From Octopus vulgaris (Eukaryota), in NCBI GenBank assembly GCA_951406725.2, contig OX597833.1, positions 42,036,001 to 42,100,000 of the forward strand: a stretch of 64,000 nucleotides of DNA, given 5' to 3'. Numbering within the stretch: position 1 is the stretch's first letter; every line of letters begins with the position of its first letter. The translations under genes and the position numbers were made by a program. The notes beneath the pieces are model-generated. The model saw only the letters and a program-made list of their open reading frames with translations. It searched no databases and was not told the origin of the DNA. Positions 52,114 to 64,000 of the stretch are shown here, one piece after another.

Positions 52114-53923
52114 GTAAACAGACAGATAGGTAGTAGTCGATGGAAAAAGAGAAAAAGAGTGTTTATTTGCACCCATCTTGAAATAATTAAAACTTAATTG
52201 AAATTTTCATAGAAATCCATCTAAAAACACTTTCATAGTAGTAGTGGAAAGTAAAATCAGTAGAGCTGCTATTCAGTTATATCCCTCTAAATTCTGATTT
52301 CCTGTTCTGCTTAGGTTGACTTAGCCTTCCATCTAATATTTGGCTAATTAGAATTAGTATCAGTCAAATGATATTCAGTGGTATATAGTGTGTAGGTTCA
52401 GTGTCATATAGTGGTATAAAGTTCATAAGTTCAGCGGTATATAGTTGGTAAGCTCAGTGGCGTGGTTATGTTCTTTGCTTATGGGTCACAATGTATTTCC
52501 TGGCAGGAATTGGACATTTTTGGAATTGGACATTTCAGGAATTGGACACTCCTGGTAGGAATTGGACATTGCGTATGGTGTACAAGCTGGTATGGAGTGT
52601 ATTTATATTTGTGTGCAATGAGGTGTTGTTACTGTTGATGTCGATTAGAACTAACTGAGCTGCCCTTTAATCAAAGACATTCCAGTACTGACCATATCAT
52701 CTTTTTTCATGGACATGGTATTTCTATATATCAATGAGACCATCACCTATATAGCACACTGGTGATCAAAGGTGTTCCAGCCATAACCATCCAGTCTTTT
52801 ATTTTAGGATTACATTACTGAAAACATCCTTTAATTTATTTAAAAAATGGTTGTTTGTTTTGTGAAGGAGATATTTTTCTATCAGATCAAATAGCTGTAT
52901 GAAGTTGAACCAATTAGGGAATCTCTTCATGGTCACTTGATGTACTAAAATAGCAGCCAAATTTTCCTCAAATCATAACCTACTGCCTTAAATAAGGAAA
53001 GGACATATTAGATAGTATAGTTTTACATGGTCCTAAAAAGACAAGATGGTCATGGCCGGAATATGTTTGGTCATAGGTCTGCTTGATAAAAGTTGGACTG
53101 AGATTACACAATAGCAACCATATACAACAGAGGTTCTGAAACTGGGATAAATTTCACTTAATAATTGGGTAAATTTACTGATTCTGGATTTATAAATAAT
53201 TTTTGTAAATATTTGCAAATGCTTGTATATATATTTTTTTAAATTCTGAAGTTAGGAAAAAATTTGAAGTAAGCTTATTTGGATTAAATGATCTATATTG
53301 CATTTGAACTTGAAATACTCATATTTAAAAACAGTATTTTAAATTTCCTCTCTCTTTCTTGTTTTATTATGGTGTAAGTATAAACTCAAATTGCTGAACC
53401 AAACTCAAGGGAAAAAGGTGAATTTACTTTTAAAAAAAAGTTGTTAGGGGATAAGTGGAATGAAAAAGTTTGTGAACTCTGATACAGAGATTCTCTTGTT
53501 GGCTTAAGACACTCTTTATTTGGCTTGTATGGAAAAGTAGCTATTTTTATAGTTGAAGATTGGGTACTATAGTTTTAGATACGTTATACTTAGTAAAAAG
53601 ATGAGGTAGTCATAGCTGGAATGCTTTTGATCATATGGACAACTTGTGATTATCAACAATAACAAAACAGATAAATGAAACAGGAATTGTACACATAAAT
53701 TACAATACATGAGACCACTGTACTCATCAGATGCACATAAACTGCGCACATACATCCAGTTAATATTCTTGACATGCATAGCTACATATAGTCATCTGAT
53801 TGTAAAAACTATACACCTACAAGCCAATATACATATGAACTTGATATCACATGTACACACAAAAATAAACAGTTCAATACTCGAACACATTAAAAAATAC
53901 ACACAAAAATACTATATATATAT

Positions 53924-53969
<46 letters not shown>

Positions 53970-53971
<2 letters not shown>

Positions 53972-54160
53972 CAGGAAGGTTTACGAAAACAAACAAAAGA
54001 CGAAGGCAGGTGGAGTACAAACAAACAAATGTATTAGTATGGCGCTCAGGAATAGAAATAGAACACAAGTCTTTTACGTTTCGAGCCTACGCTCTTCAAC
54101 AGAAAGATACACAGAAAAAAAACAAGGAGAGAAAAAATGCATGTAGGAGCTAACGATCTA
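53970..54160 (-). mobile_element. Penelope pseudo-LTR-like fragment in (TA)n
   Basis: Contains a hammerhead-like motif; (TA)n on both sides. Confidence 0.6.
54069..54107 (-). ncRNA. Minimal hammerhead-like ribozyme motif lacking stem III
   Basis: tctttctg-TTGAAGA-gcgtaggctc-GAAA-CG-TA-aaaga; palindromic ACGT; first core base is T rather than C. Confidence 0.55.
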
Positions 54161-54570
54161 TATATATATGTGTGTGTGTATATGTATGTATATATACATA
54201 TACATATACATATATATATATATATACAATGTACTGTTCCGTGATGGTAAGATCAACAAAAAAAGTTCTCCATTTGGTGAGAGATAAATATTATTTAATA
54301 GACGCAGTACATGTTTTTATGTGCAACTAATGGTTTAATATGTTGAGAAATACCTCAAACATATTCATCAGGTACAAACCACATATAACACACACACACA
54401 ACTCTGCACATATTCAATAACAGAGAAACAAATTTTCTCATACTCCATCTGTCTCTCATTTCTTCAATTTAAGAAACATAACAATGACCACCTGGTGAAA
54501 TTAGTAACATGTGAAGCACAGGAGGAAATGGTCAGTAAAATTATTTGGGACAAGGATCAGAAACACTTAC

Positions 54571-54625
54571 CAACCAAATAGGCACAGAGCACTGTAACGA
54601 AAACACCAAAACGAAATATCTCCAT
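54571..54625 (-). CDS. Single-Ig GPI-type gene, coding exon 1 (signal peptide)
   Basis: ataATGG start context; encodes MEIFRFGVFVTVLCAYLV(G); consensus phase-1 donor G|gtaagt. Confidence 0.8.
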
Positions 54626-54689
54626 TATTGAGTTGTTTCTTATAAAGCAGGAGAAAAACCTAGGGGTCTGCTGTTGGGTGCAAGTAACA

Positions 54690-54726
54690 ATGCAAATGGC
54701 TTCACAGCGTATTGGCCACGCCCAAT
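54690..54726. promoter_or_regulatory. Motif cluster upstream of the Ig gene ATG: octamer, two CCAAT boxes, GC/KLF box
   Basis: ATGCAAAT 54690-54697; ATTGG 54711-54715; CCACGCCC 54716-54723; CCAAT 54722-54726. Confidence 0.45.
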
Positions 54727-55107
54727 AATTTAGATCTTATTCAACGATTATGAAATGAAATGATAAGTGACTATGTTGGCGGATTGTCAGAGCCTCAAAC
54801 TTGCTTTGGAACTGTGATGACGGTGAAAAGTGTTAGCTTCAGGGTGAGATTTGTATAATGCTTGTTAATCTGCTAAATGTTGATAGCACAGAAGGATTAA
54901 TGCAAAGATAGATTATTGTCAATTTTATACGGCTAACCACCTTGTTAAAAAGTAAATACGTCTTTCCCAAGCCTTTTTTTATATTTATTTTTTAGAAATT
55001 TGTGGAAAGGTTTTTTTTGGAAATTCCATATCTTTTATCAACAGTAAACTGTTTTCGAGAGACTGAAATAAAGTTCACAGAATATAATTAATCCAAATTT
55101 AAATGAT

Positions 55108-55108
55108 A

Positions 55109-55159
<51 letters not shown>

Positions 55160-55325
55160 TTAGTTGGTTTGACTGGGGCTAGTAAACCAGAGACTTGCAC
55201 CAGACTCCATTCATTTGTCTTGGCTTTGGTTTCTACAGTCGGATGCCCTTCTTGATGCCAACCACTTTACAGAGTGTACTGGACGTTTTTTATGTGTCAC
55301 CGGCATATGTACAGGTGCTTTTTAT
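55108..55325 (-). mobile_element. Family A retroposon, diverged
   Basis: (CAT)n tail; ggatgcccttc core. Confidence 0.7.
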
Positions 55326-55329
55326 GCTG

Positions 55330-55660
55330 ACCACTAAAGAAAGCTGACCAGAAGAGAATTAATGCATTCAAGCTTTGGTGTTGGAGAAGACTTTTACGGA
55401 TTCCATGGACAGTGAAGCTCACCAATGGAGAAGTTCTTAATCAGATTAGGCTGAAAATGTCGCTAGAAGCTAGGATCACCAAGCATAGATTGGCATATTT
55501 TGGTCATATTATGCGGAGAAAAAATCCCTGGAGAAGGACATCATGCTCGGAATGGACAGTGGCAAGAGAGGAAGAGGCCGACCAAGAACCCGCTGGCTTG
55601 ACACCATCAAGAGTGATACTGGAATGGACATAGCCAATCTGAAAGAAGCAGCCCTAGATA
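55330..55660 (+). mobile_element. RTE/BovB-like LINE fragment
   Basis: RINAFKLWCWRRLLRIPWT..LAYFGHIMRR..SLEKDIMLG..RGRGRPRTRWLD. Confidence 0.85.
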
Positions 55661-57218
55661 GATAGCCTTTTATACGTCATCAGCACTGGCATTGACCAGA
55701 ATTCAGTTAGCTTGACATGCCTTTTCAAGTACAGCAAGTTGCCAAAAGTCTTGATCACTTGGCATTGTCTGCATGAAACTCAACAACTGAAGATCATGTC
55801 TCACCAACTCGTCCCACATCTTCCTAGGTCTACTCAATCCATAGGTTTCTGCCATGATTAGAGATCAGTATGGAATGGCCAGTCAATGACCAAGGTTGAC
55901 TAAGGATTTATATTGTAACATTCTTGGACAAACATTTTGCACGCATTTTGTACTCATTTTGGTTGCACCAGCAGTATAGACAGTGACAGTGGAGGAGGCA
56001 GACATAGCCAGACTATTGGTGCTGTTGGCTTCATCATTATTATTTTAATGCCTTCTTTCCATGCCCACATGGTCCAGATGAGAGTATTTGGGGGTAGAGT
56101 TTCAACAGCTGGATGTTTCTCCTATTGCCAACCTTCACCTTTTACCAGTTGGGGTAATAATCTCCCAGTCTTATTCAACAACAAATAGCCCAGACATGTT
56201 TACATAGAGAACTAAGAATAAACAACACCGAAATGAACATTTTGTTTACAAAGATCGTGCAACATTCCAAAAAGCTTGGACATGATTTCATAGTGGATTG
56301 CAAACGAATAACAGAATCAGGAAACCATTGTTTACAATCAAAGAAACATACATGTAGACAAGAGATAAATCTGAACTTATTCACACAAACATATACATGT
56401 GTATAAGATTGACTTCTTTCATTTTCTATATACAAAATCTACTCACAAGGTCAGACTGGGACTTTGACAGGAGACTTTTGTCCAAGATACCATGCAGTGG
56501 GACTGAACCTGAAACTACATAGTTGGGAAGTGAACTACTCACCACCTCCCCCCCATATTTTGTACTTGTAAATAGTGACTTTAATATGCCACTTTTGGTG
56601 CAATAGTTTTAGTTCTTAGTTAACCTAGGATAATAGTATATAATAATTATTAGTCATATTAGGACAACACTATAAACCAATTGGAGATGCCATCATTTAA
56701 CCAAACATAACACTATAGAACAGATGGATCGTCTATTAGTTGACCTAGGATAATAATACAGAGCATTTATTAACAAGATGACACTGTAGAATTGTTAAAT
56801 AAGTCATTAGTTAAAAAAGGGCAACAATATAGAACATTTAGATATATTGGTAATTAACCTCAGATAACACTTTAACACTGTTAATATATTATTTGTTAAA
56901 ATAGGATAACACTGGCTGTATCATTTATTAACTTAAGATAACATTAGAATAGCTGCTGTTCCCTTAGAAAAATACTTTTAATTAAAATCCAGTACTAACA
57001 ATCAGTTGAAATCATTGACAACACTTACATAATCCAACATTTTAAAAATCTGTTTTAAATAGCATTGATTTTGGCAATAAAATCTTCCTGTTAGAGTCTC
57101 CAGCTCAAAGTTTCTCCCTTCCTCACTTTTGAATCTCTATCACTTCCTGAAACTACTTCACCCACCAGTAGCTGTTTGACTACTTCTTGTCCTGCATTGA
57201 AGATACCTGTATTATCTC

Positions 57219-57287
<69 letters not shown>

Positions 57288-57799
57288 GCAGACATCCTCT
57301 TCAGTTACTTCAATATACACATCTCACACAAATGTTGTTGACACAACTTAAATACTCAATTGGCTGTGTCACTTAGTATCATAACCTGTGTCACTAGTAT
57401 CATAACCCAAAGGTGTATGAAATGTTGGTGCATTGGTCAATACACCAAGACTTAGCCAGAAGAAGAGCAGTATCCGTAATTTATTTTTAGGATTTTTGAG
57501 ATTAGTTGGATGAAGGCCAGAATGCTGGCAACAGAGTGAACTCTACTAAATGCTCTCAAGAGCCAGGTGGTCATTCTGAGTCTATGGTAGAAGACATAGA
57601 TTCAATGCACAGTACAATAGGATTGATGTCTGTGCTTAAGCCATCACCATCCATCAGATTGTATGACCATGATTTAATCATGGCAACATACCACACAACT
57701 TCAAACCATACAATATCCTTAAGCCTTTTGGTTGTCGTTCTTTATACCTAGGTCACCCTTGATTGAGCAGACCTATGATAAAAGTTATTGCAGCTTTTA

Positions 57800-58090
57800 C
57801 CATCCCATGCCAGCGCCGCCTTGACTGGCTTCTGTGCCGGTGGCACGTAAAAAGCACCAACCAATCGTGGCTGCTGCCAGCCTCCCCTGGTACCTGTGCC
57901 GGTGGCACGTAAAAAGCACCCACTACACTCACGGAGTGGTTGGCATTAGGAAGGGCATCCAGCTGTAGAAACACTGCCAGATCAGACTGGAGCCTGGTGC
58001 AGACTCCTGGCTTCCCAGACCCCGGTTGAACCGTTCAACCCGTGCTAGCACGGAAAACGGACGTTAAACAATGATGATGATGATGATGAT
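57800..58090 (+). mobile_element. Family A retroposon
   Basis: Close to the copy at 1-217. Confidence 0.85.
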
Positions 58091-59035
58091 TTAAGATGTT
58101 AGGGTGTTATTTGAGGTAGGTTTCGGCAGCTATTTTCTGTCAGGTCAAACGACCATGGAGAGACTTTCTTATTGTACTTCATGTCAGAACAGTTTTACAC
58201 CAGCTACCCCTTACAGTCTATTGAATTGATCTCAGTATTATTAGGAAGGATGCTGCACTAAGAGGGAGATGGGGCTCTAAGTGATCACTTGACTTGCTAG
58301 AAATAGTAGCCAAATTTCTCTCTTTAAAAATGGAAGGACACAAGATATTGTAGTTCACCTTTGGAACTATATCTTGCTGGATGACCACGACTGGAATGTC
58401 TTTGATTATAAGTCTGCTTGATTATGGTTAACCTAAGATTAAACAACAAGACTGAAAGGTGCTGTAGCTGTGGGGGCCTCTTCATAGTTGCTTGTCCTGC
58501 TAGAAATACCAGCCAAATCACTTCTACAGTCTTTAGTGAAGAAATGGGATACACTGGATAATGAGATCCTAGATGTATTATGTTCGGAAGGCAAAAAATG
58601 TCAAGATGGTCACATTTGAAATGCCTTTTGACCAAGCAAATTTCAGGCTAAACCACAGTGATTAGGAAGATTGCAAAGCAGCATTAAAACTGACAGGATT
58701 TCAACTACTTCTTCTGTCACTTTTGTACTTGAAGATATTAAAAGGTGAACAGAAAATGATATTTGTGCACACAGTATTATACAACAAATTAGTTCTTATA
58801 GAACTGTACTGCAGGCTAATATTGAAGAAGATTAGAATAAATATTACACACGTGAACACACAGACACACACACACACATAACACATAAGAAGATCAAAGA
58901 TGGTCAGTCAAAAGGTCATTGTTGATGTGCAGCCCTAGGTCAGCTCTAATTGAAAACAATGAAGCCTCTACATGGTTGCTCAAATGTTAGAAATAGTAGC
59001 CAATTTGCCTCAGATTATACTCTCTTAAAAGCATC

Positions 59036-59565
59036 AATAAGGTCTTCATTGGAATACCTTTGATAATATTTTGCACTATTTAATAGAAGTTCTCAGCAAG
59101 CCTGAATATTCGATTCCTCATCATCATCTGATGACCGTTTTCCATGCTGGCATGGACTGGACAGTTTGACAGAATCTGATGAGTATATGACTGTGTCAAG
59201 CTCCAATGTCAACTTTAGCATGGTTTCTATGGCTAGATGTCCATCCTCATGCCAGTCTTAAAAACACCAATAAGGTCTTCATTGGAATACCTTTGATAAT
59301 ATTTTGCACTATTTAATAGAAGTTCTCAGCAAGCCTGAATATTCGATTCCTCATCATCATCTGATGACCGTTTTCCATGCTGGCATGGACTGGACAGTTT
59401 GACAGAATCTGATGAGTATATGACTGTGTCAAGCTCCAATGTCAACTTTAGCATGGTTTCTATGGCTAGATGTCCATCCTCATGCCAGTCTTAAAAACAC
59501 CAATAAGGTCTTCATTGGAATACCTTTGATAATATTTTGCACTATTTAATAGAAGTTCTCAGCAA
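59036..59565. repeat. Recent 233-bp tandem duplication (about 2.3 copies)
   Basis: caataaggtcttcattgg recurs near 59036, 59269 and 59502; copies look identical. Confidence 0.92.
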
Positions 59566-59567
59566 TT

Positions 59568-59965
59568 GTAGGAGTGGCTGTGTGGTAAGTAGCTTGCTTA
59601 CCAACCACATGGTTCTGGGTTCATTCCCACTGCGTTGCACCTTGGGCAAGTGTCTTCTACTATAGCCTCGGCCGACCAAAGCCTTGTGACTGGATTTGGT
59701 AGACGGAAACTGGAAGAAGCCCGTCGTATATATGTATATATATGTATGTGTGTATATGTTTGTGTTTGTCCCCCCACCATAGCTTGACAACCGATGGTGG
59801 TGTGTTTACGTCCCCATAACTTAGCGGTTCAGCAAAAGAGACTGATAGAATAAGTACTAGGCTTACAAGGAATAAGTCCTGGGGCTCGATTTACTCGACT
59901 AGAAGGCGGTGCTCCAGTATGGCCACAGTCAAATGACTGAAACAAGTAAAAGAGTAAAAGAGTAA
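59568..59965 (+). mobile_element. Family B SINE
   Basis: Full copy. Confidence 0.88.
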
Positions 59966-60625
59966 GCCTCAATGCTCAATTCCTCATACTCATCATTATT
60001 TGATATCTGTTTTCCATGCTGGCTGGACTTGAATGTTTAACAGAATCTGATGCATTGCAGGACTGTGTTGAGCTCCAATGCAATCTTTGGCATGGTTTCT
60101 ATGGCTGGGTGTCCATCCTAAAGTGTACTGGATGCTTTTTTGTGCTACCAGTGCTAATGAGGTTGCCATACAACCCACTTCATCACCCTTACTACTGCAC
60201 TCATACTCACACTTATAAGACAAGAGAAGGTGAAACACCTCCTCAAATGAGTGATGAGGTGGGGGTATTTGATAGAGTACAGAGTGGTTTATGCCAGGTA
60301 TTGTGGAGTTAATGAATGATAAAGGTACAAGCACGGGTGTTTTGCTATAGAAGAAATACAAGACTAATCTATATTATATAAAAGTTGGTGGGAGTAACTG
60401 GAAAGAAGCTAGAGATGGTAATGACAAGATGCCAAAGTATCTCAAGATAAAAGGATGTGAGTATAAGAGAGATTCACTACAGCCATTAATGTCTGAGTAT
60501 AGCATGACCATTATATAGTCATTATCCTAACACTATATTTCTATTTTTATAATTCCAAGATAGTATGTTTACAATAGACATCAATATTATTGTCCAAAAA
60601 TCCATCAAATGTATAGCTCTCTCTC

Positions 60626-60833
60626 TTTCACTTGTTTCAGTCATTTGACTGCGGCCATGCTGGAGCACCGCCTTTAGTCGAGCAACTCAACTCCGGGACT
60701 TGTTCTTTTGTAAGCCCAGTACTTATTCTATCAGTCTCTTTTGCCAAACCGCTAAGTAACGGGGACATAAACACACCAGCATCAGTTGTCAAGCAATGCT
60801 AGGGGGACAAACACAGACACACAAACACACACA

Positions 60834-60877
<44 letters not shown>

Positions 60878-61036
60878 TACGACGGGCTTCTTTCAGTTTC
60901 CGTCTACCAAATCTACTCACAAGGCTTTGGTCGGCCCGAGGCTATAGTAGAAGACACTTGCCCAAGGTGCCACGCAGTGGGACTGAACCCGGAACCATGT
61001 GGTTGGTAAACAAGCTACTTACCACACAGCCACTCC
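60626..61036 (-). mobile_element. Family B SINE
   Basis: Full reverse copy. Confidence 0.88.
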
Positions 61037-62219
61037 ATGTATGTGTGTGTGTGTGTGTGTGAGGAGAGTATTGATGACTGGGGATGCTCTTGTTACACTT
61101 ACCCACTGCACTTCGCCTGCATCTCTTTCATTGTTTTCTCTCCTCGGCCCCACCATCCTGGATGCTTTCATCTTCTGAGTCCCCTCTTCCTACCAACCCC
61201 TCCTTACCTCACTGCATTCATCCTTCACTCCTCCTTCCTCTCTTTCCTTCGATGACTCTTCAGATTCTTACCACCTTCATTTATTTCCCTCTTTTTGATT
61301 TTCTTTTACTCAAACTTATAGTATGGGATAACCTAAGACAACATCATTGTATAACCTACTTTATCACCCTAACTACTACATCCATACTCACCCTTAAAAT
61401 GTGAGATTCTGAACTCCCAACGCAATCTTCATCACTCCACTTAGTACTTGGTCCCATAGTCTTACTAACCCTTGATACTAACCTCTTCTGTTTTCCCCTA
61501 TCCCTTAGATACATCCTCTCTTTAGGCTCTTACTCTTTGATTGTGGAAGAAACGACTTTCATGTGTAGTTTTATCGCAAGATGGTTTCGGTTTGTGAATA
61601 CCATAAAACATTGACTCTGAACTATCAATATCCAGGATTTTGTATTGATAGTCATGTTTGGAGACCAGCTAATTATGGACTGTTGACGAATAACAAATTG
61701 ACTGATAGTAGTGTTGATGTTCTAGATCAGTCTCTTTACCACAAACCTTTGTCAATTTGCATGCAGTACCCTAATATACATGTGCATAGAGTGGCGACTA
61801 TTTGGCAATACACAGGTAAACAATGGTTTCAAATTTTAGGCAAATATCATAAATCAATGTTCTTTGCATCTTTGAAAATCCCACTAGCAACACAATTATT
61901 TCGTTTGTTGCTTGATAAAGAAGCACAAAGATTTTAGCAATTTGTGTTCTGTGCCTGTTCTATAAGCACAACAATGTTGCTGTACTGAATGCTGCCAACA
62001 TCATTTCTTGAACCAAAGTTTTGCAACTCTTTAAACCTACAAAGTTAGAATTTACTGCAGAACACTGTTGCAGCCTCTTGACTTAGCTGTATCAGAATCG
62101 GTTGCAGCAACACTGGATGAAGACAAAATTCTTGCCTTGTTTCTTCACTAAACAAGCTTAAGATGTTTAATATCTTTAATATCTTGTTCTTATATTTTTG
62201 TTGTAAGCCTGTTGTAGAC

Positions 62220-62545
62220 ATAATGATGCGATTGAGAAGTTTACTTCGCAACTACATGACTTTGAAATCAATCCGGCTGCATAGGTATCTTGATGGCGTG
62301 ACTTCTATCATGGTCTCAAATCAATCTGTGTGTGTGTGCGTGTGTGTTGCCCTCTTTCTCTGCTTTACAAGTGGTGTTGGTTTGTTTACACCCCCTGATG
62401 TAGCGATTTGGCAAAACAAATTGATAGAATTACTTCCAGGCTTTAAGAAATAAGCATTGAGGTCGATTTGTTGGATTAAATCCTTCAGAGTGGTGCCCCA
62501 TTATGGTTGCAGTCCAATGACTAAAACAAGTGAAAAATAAAGATA
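62220..62545 (+). mobile_element. Family B SINE, strongly diverged
   Basis: ggtcgatttg..ggtgcccca..gcagtccaatgactaaaacaagt tail. Confidence 0.6.
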
Positions 62546-64000
62546 ATACGAATTGTCAATGCATGTCATAAAATTGGTTTGTATGATATTACGGACACTC
62601 AAGTTTAATCTATCACCACATATGTAATCTCAAATACTGCTTCCCTGATTTCAGTCAATCCGTATGGAAACCCTTTGATCTGCACGCTGACCGGGTGGAT
62701 TCTGGATAGTGGTTCAAGGGAGACAATCCCTTACGCTTGATCTTTGTGTGTTTCAAAACTAGTCCCGAAACCTTTTCTCCATCCAATTTGAAAAGAGGTT
62801 ATAAGCCACCTGCCATTAGGGTCTGTTGAGATGCGTGTAAAGTTAAACGCTTTATGGACGCGAAACCCTGGGTAACCCTATGAACCGGCCATAACTAACA
62901 TTGGCAAGACTTCCACCCATCCCACCCCCCAAAAGAACACCCTTAAGTTTTTTTCGACACAAACTCCACTTATCGACTACGGGGAATACGAATCTGCAAA
63001 AAAAAAAATGGCAAAAATCGACATTTCTAAATTACCACCTCGAACACCATTTCCTTCATTTTTAACTTTCTTCACAATTTTTTTTTCAAAATATGCTTAA
63101 AAATACGGAGATTATGATTCTGAAAAAAGTTTCCAAAATCTTTGAAAAATTTTTTTAAAGAATTTTTTTTTCTAAATTTACGGAAAAATACGGACATCAT
63201 GATTCGGACAAATATTTCAAAACATTTTTGTACGGTTAGGGTTTTAGGGTTAGTGTTGGGGAAAAAAGTCAAAATTGAAGAAGTTAGGGGGGAAAAACTT
63301 TACAATGCCGATTTTTGGCAATTTTCCGGAACCTCCAAAAAAAAAATACAAAAATGAACAAATTTGGGAGAAAATGGGGGGGGTCTTTCCCTAACATTCT
63401 CTAAATATATATATATATATATAAGAGAGAGAGTGATAGATATTCATACATATATTATCAAATTTTATAGTATTAAGTATCCATACGGTTTACCCATAAC
63501 GGAATCCATAAATACGGTACCATCAAAGTTAGTGAAATAGATTTTTATATTCTTCCATGTGGATGGAATTAAAACAAAAGACTTTAATTTTTCATTCTAA
63601 TAACCTCTATGTTCAAAGTCTATGAAATAAAACCATTTATGTATCGGTGAGATTTAGGAGAAAGAATCCAATCAACTGTACACTCCATCATTTGGAGACC
63701 ATCAAGAAAGAGAACTTAGAAGCTAGGTTGAAAATTGATTCAGGGGAAACAACTCTGCCACGTAACATTTTCGTGTGATGTGAGAAATATGCTACTAAAA
63801 TCTCCTCGCCTCTCTAATTCATTTGCTCGCTTCAGTTATAGGACTATACCGCAGCCCTACAGGGGCATCTTCTTCAAATACTGAATCGATCTAAGTACTT
63901 AATCTAATGTGGTACTAATTTTATCGATCTTTTAGGTCGACCCGTTAAATGCAGCGTATAAAAGAATACAATATAGCAAGAATTGTTAAAACAGGTGTAA

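Noticed and set aside
54300-54380. Third hammerhead (CTGATGA on the minus strand)
   Set aside because: No GAAA core at the right place and stem I does not pair.
56600-56950. Degenerate (t)aacctaggataa repeats (also short repeats at 42660-42760, 52500-52570 and 57362-57407)
   Set aside because: Irregular or very short local duplications with no sign of function.
63234-63255. Telomere or interstitial telomeric array
   Set aside because: Only two TTAGGG hexamers.

Overview
This is AT-rich, repeat-dense animal genomic DNA, not prokaryotic. The SINE/LINE families and microsatellite load point to an octopod cephalopod (inferred, not database-checked). Most supplied ORFs are microsatellite or transposon artefacts. 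Two host genes can be rebuilt by hand from splice sites. (1) The last coding exon of a CKS1/CKS2 gene lies on + at 1243-1319. (2) A 5-coding-exon gene on - spans about 42 kb (54625 to 12654) and encodes a 170-aa protein: signal peptide, an 11-codon micro-exon, one V-length Ig domain lacking the canonical C-strand Trp and split over two exons, and a GPI-signal-like tail (Thy-1-like layout). The rest is mobile DNA: four SINE-like families, RTE, Dong/R4 and Tx1 LINE ends (the latter two in specific microsatellites), Penelope-like elements with minimal hammerhead ribozyme motifs, a full-length dead mariner, a Chapaev3 relic, MITEs and several minisatellites. Exon boundaries were counted by hand; transposon boundaries are approximate.
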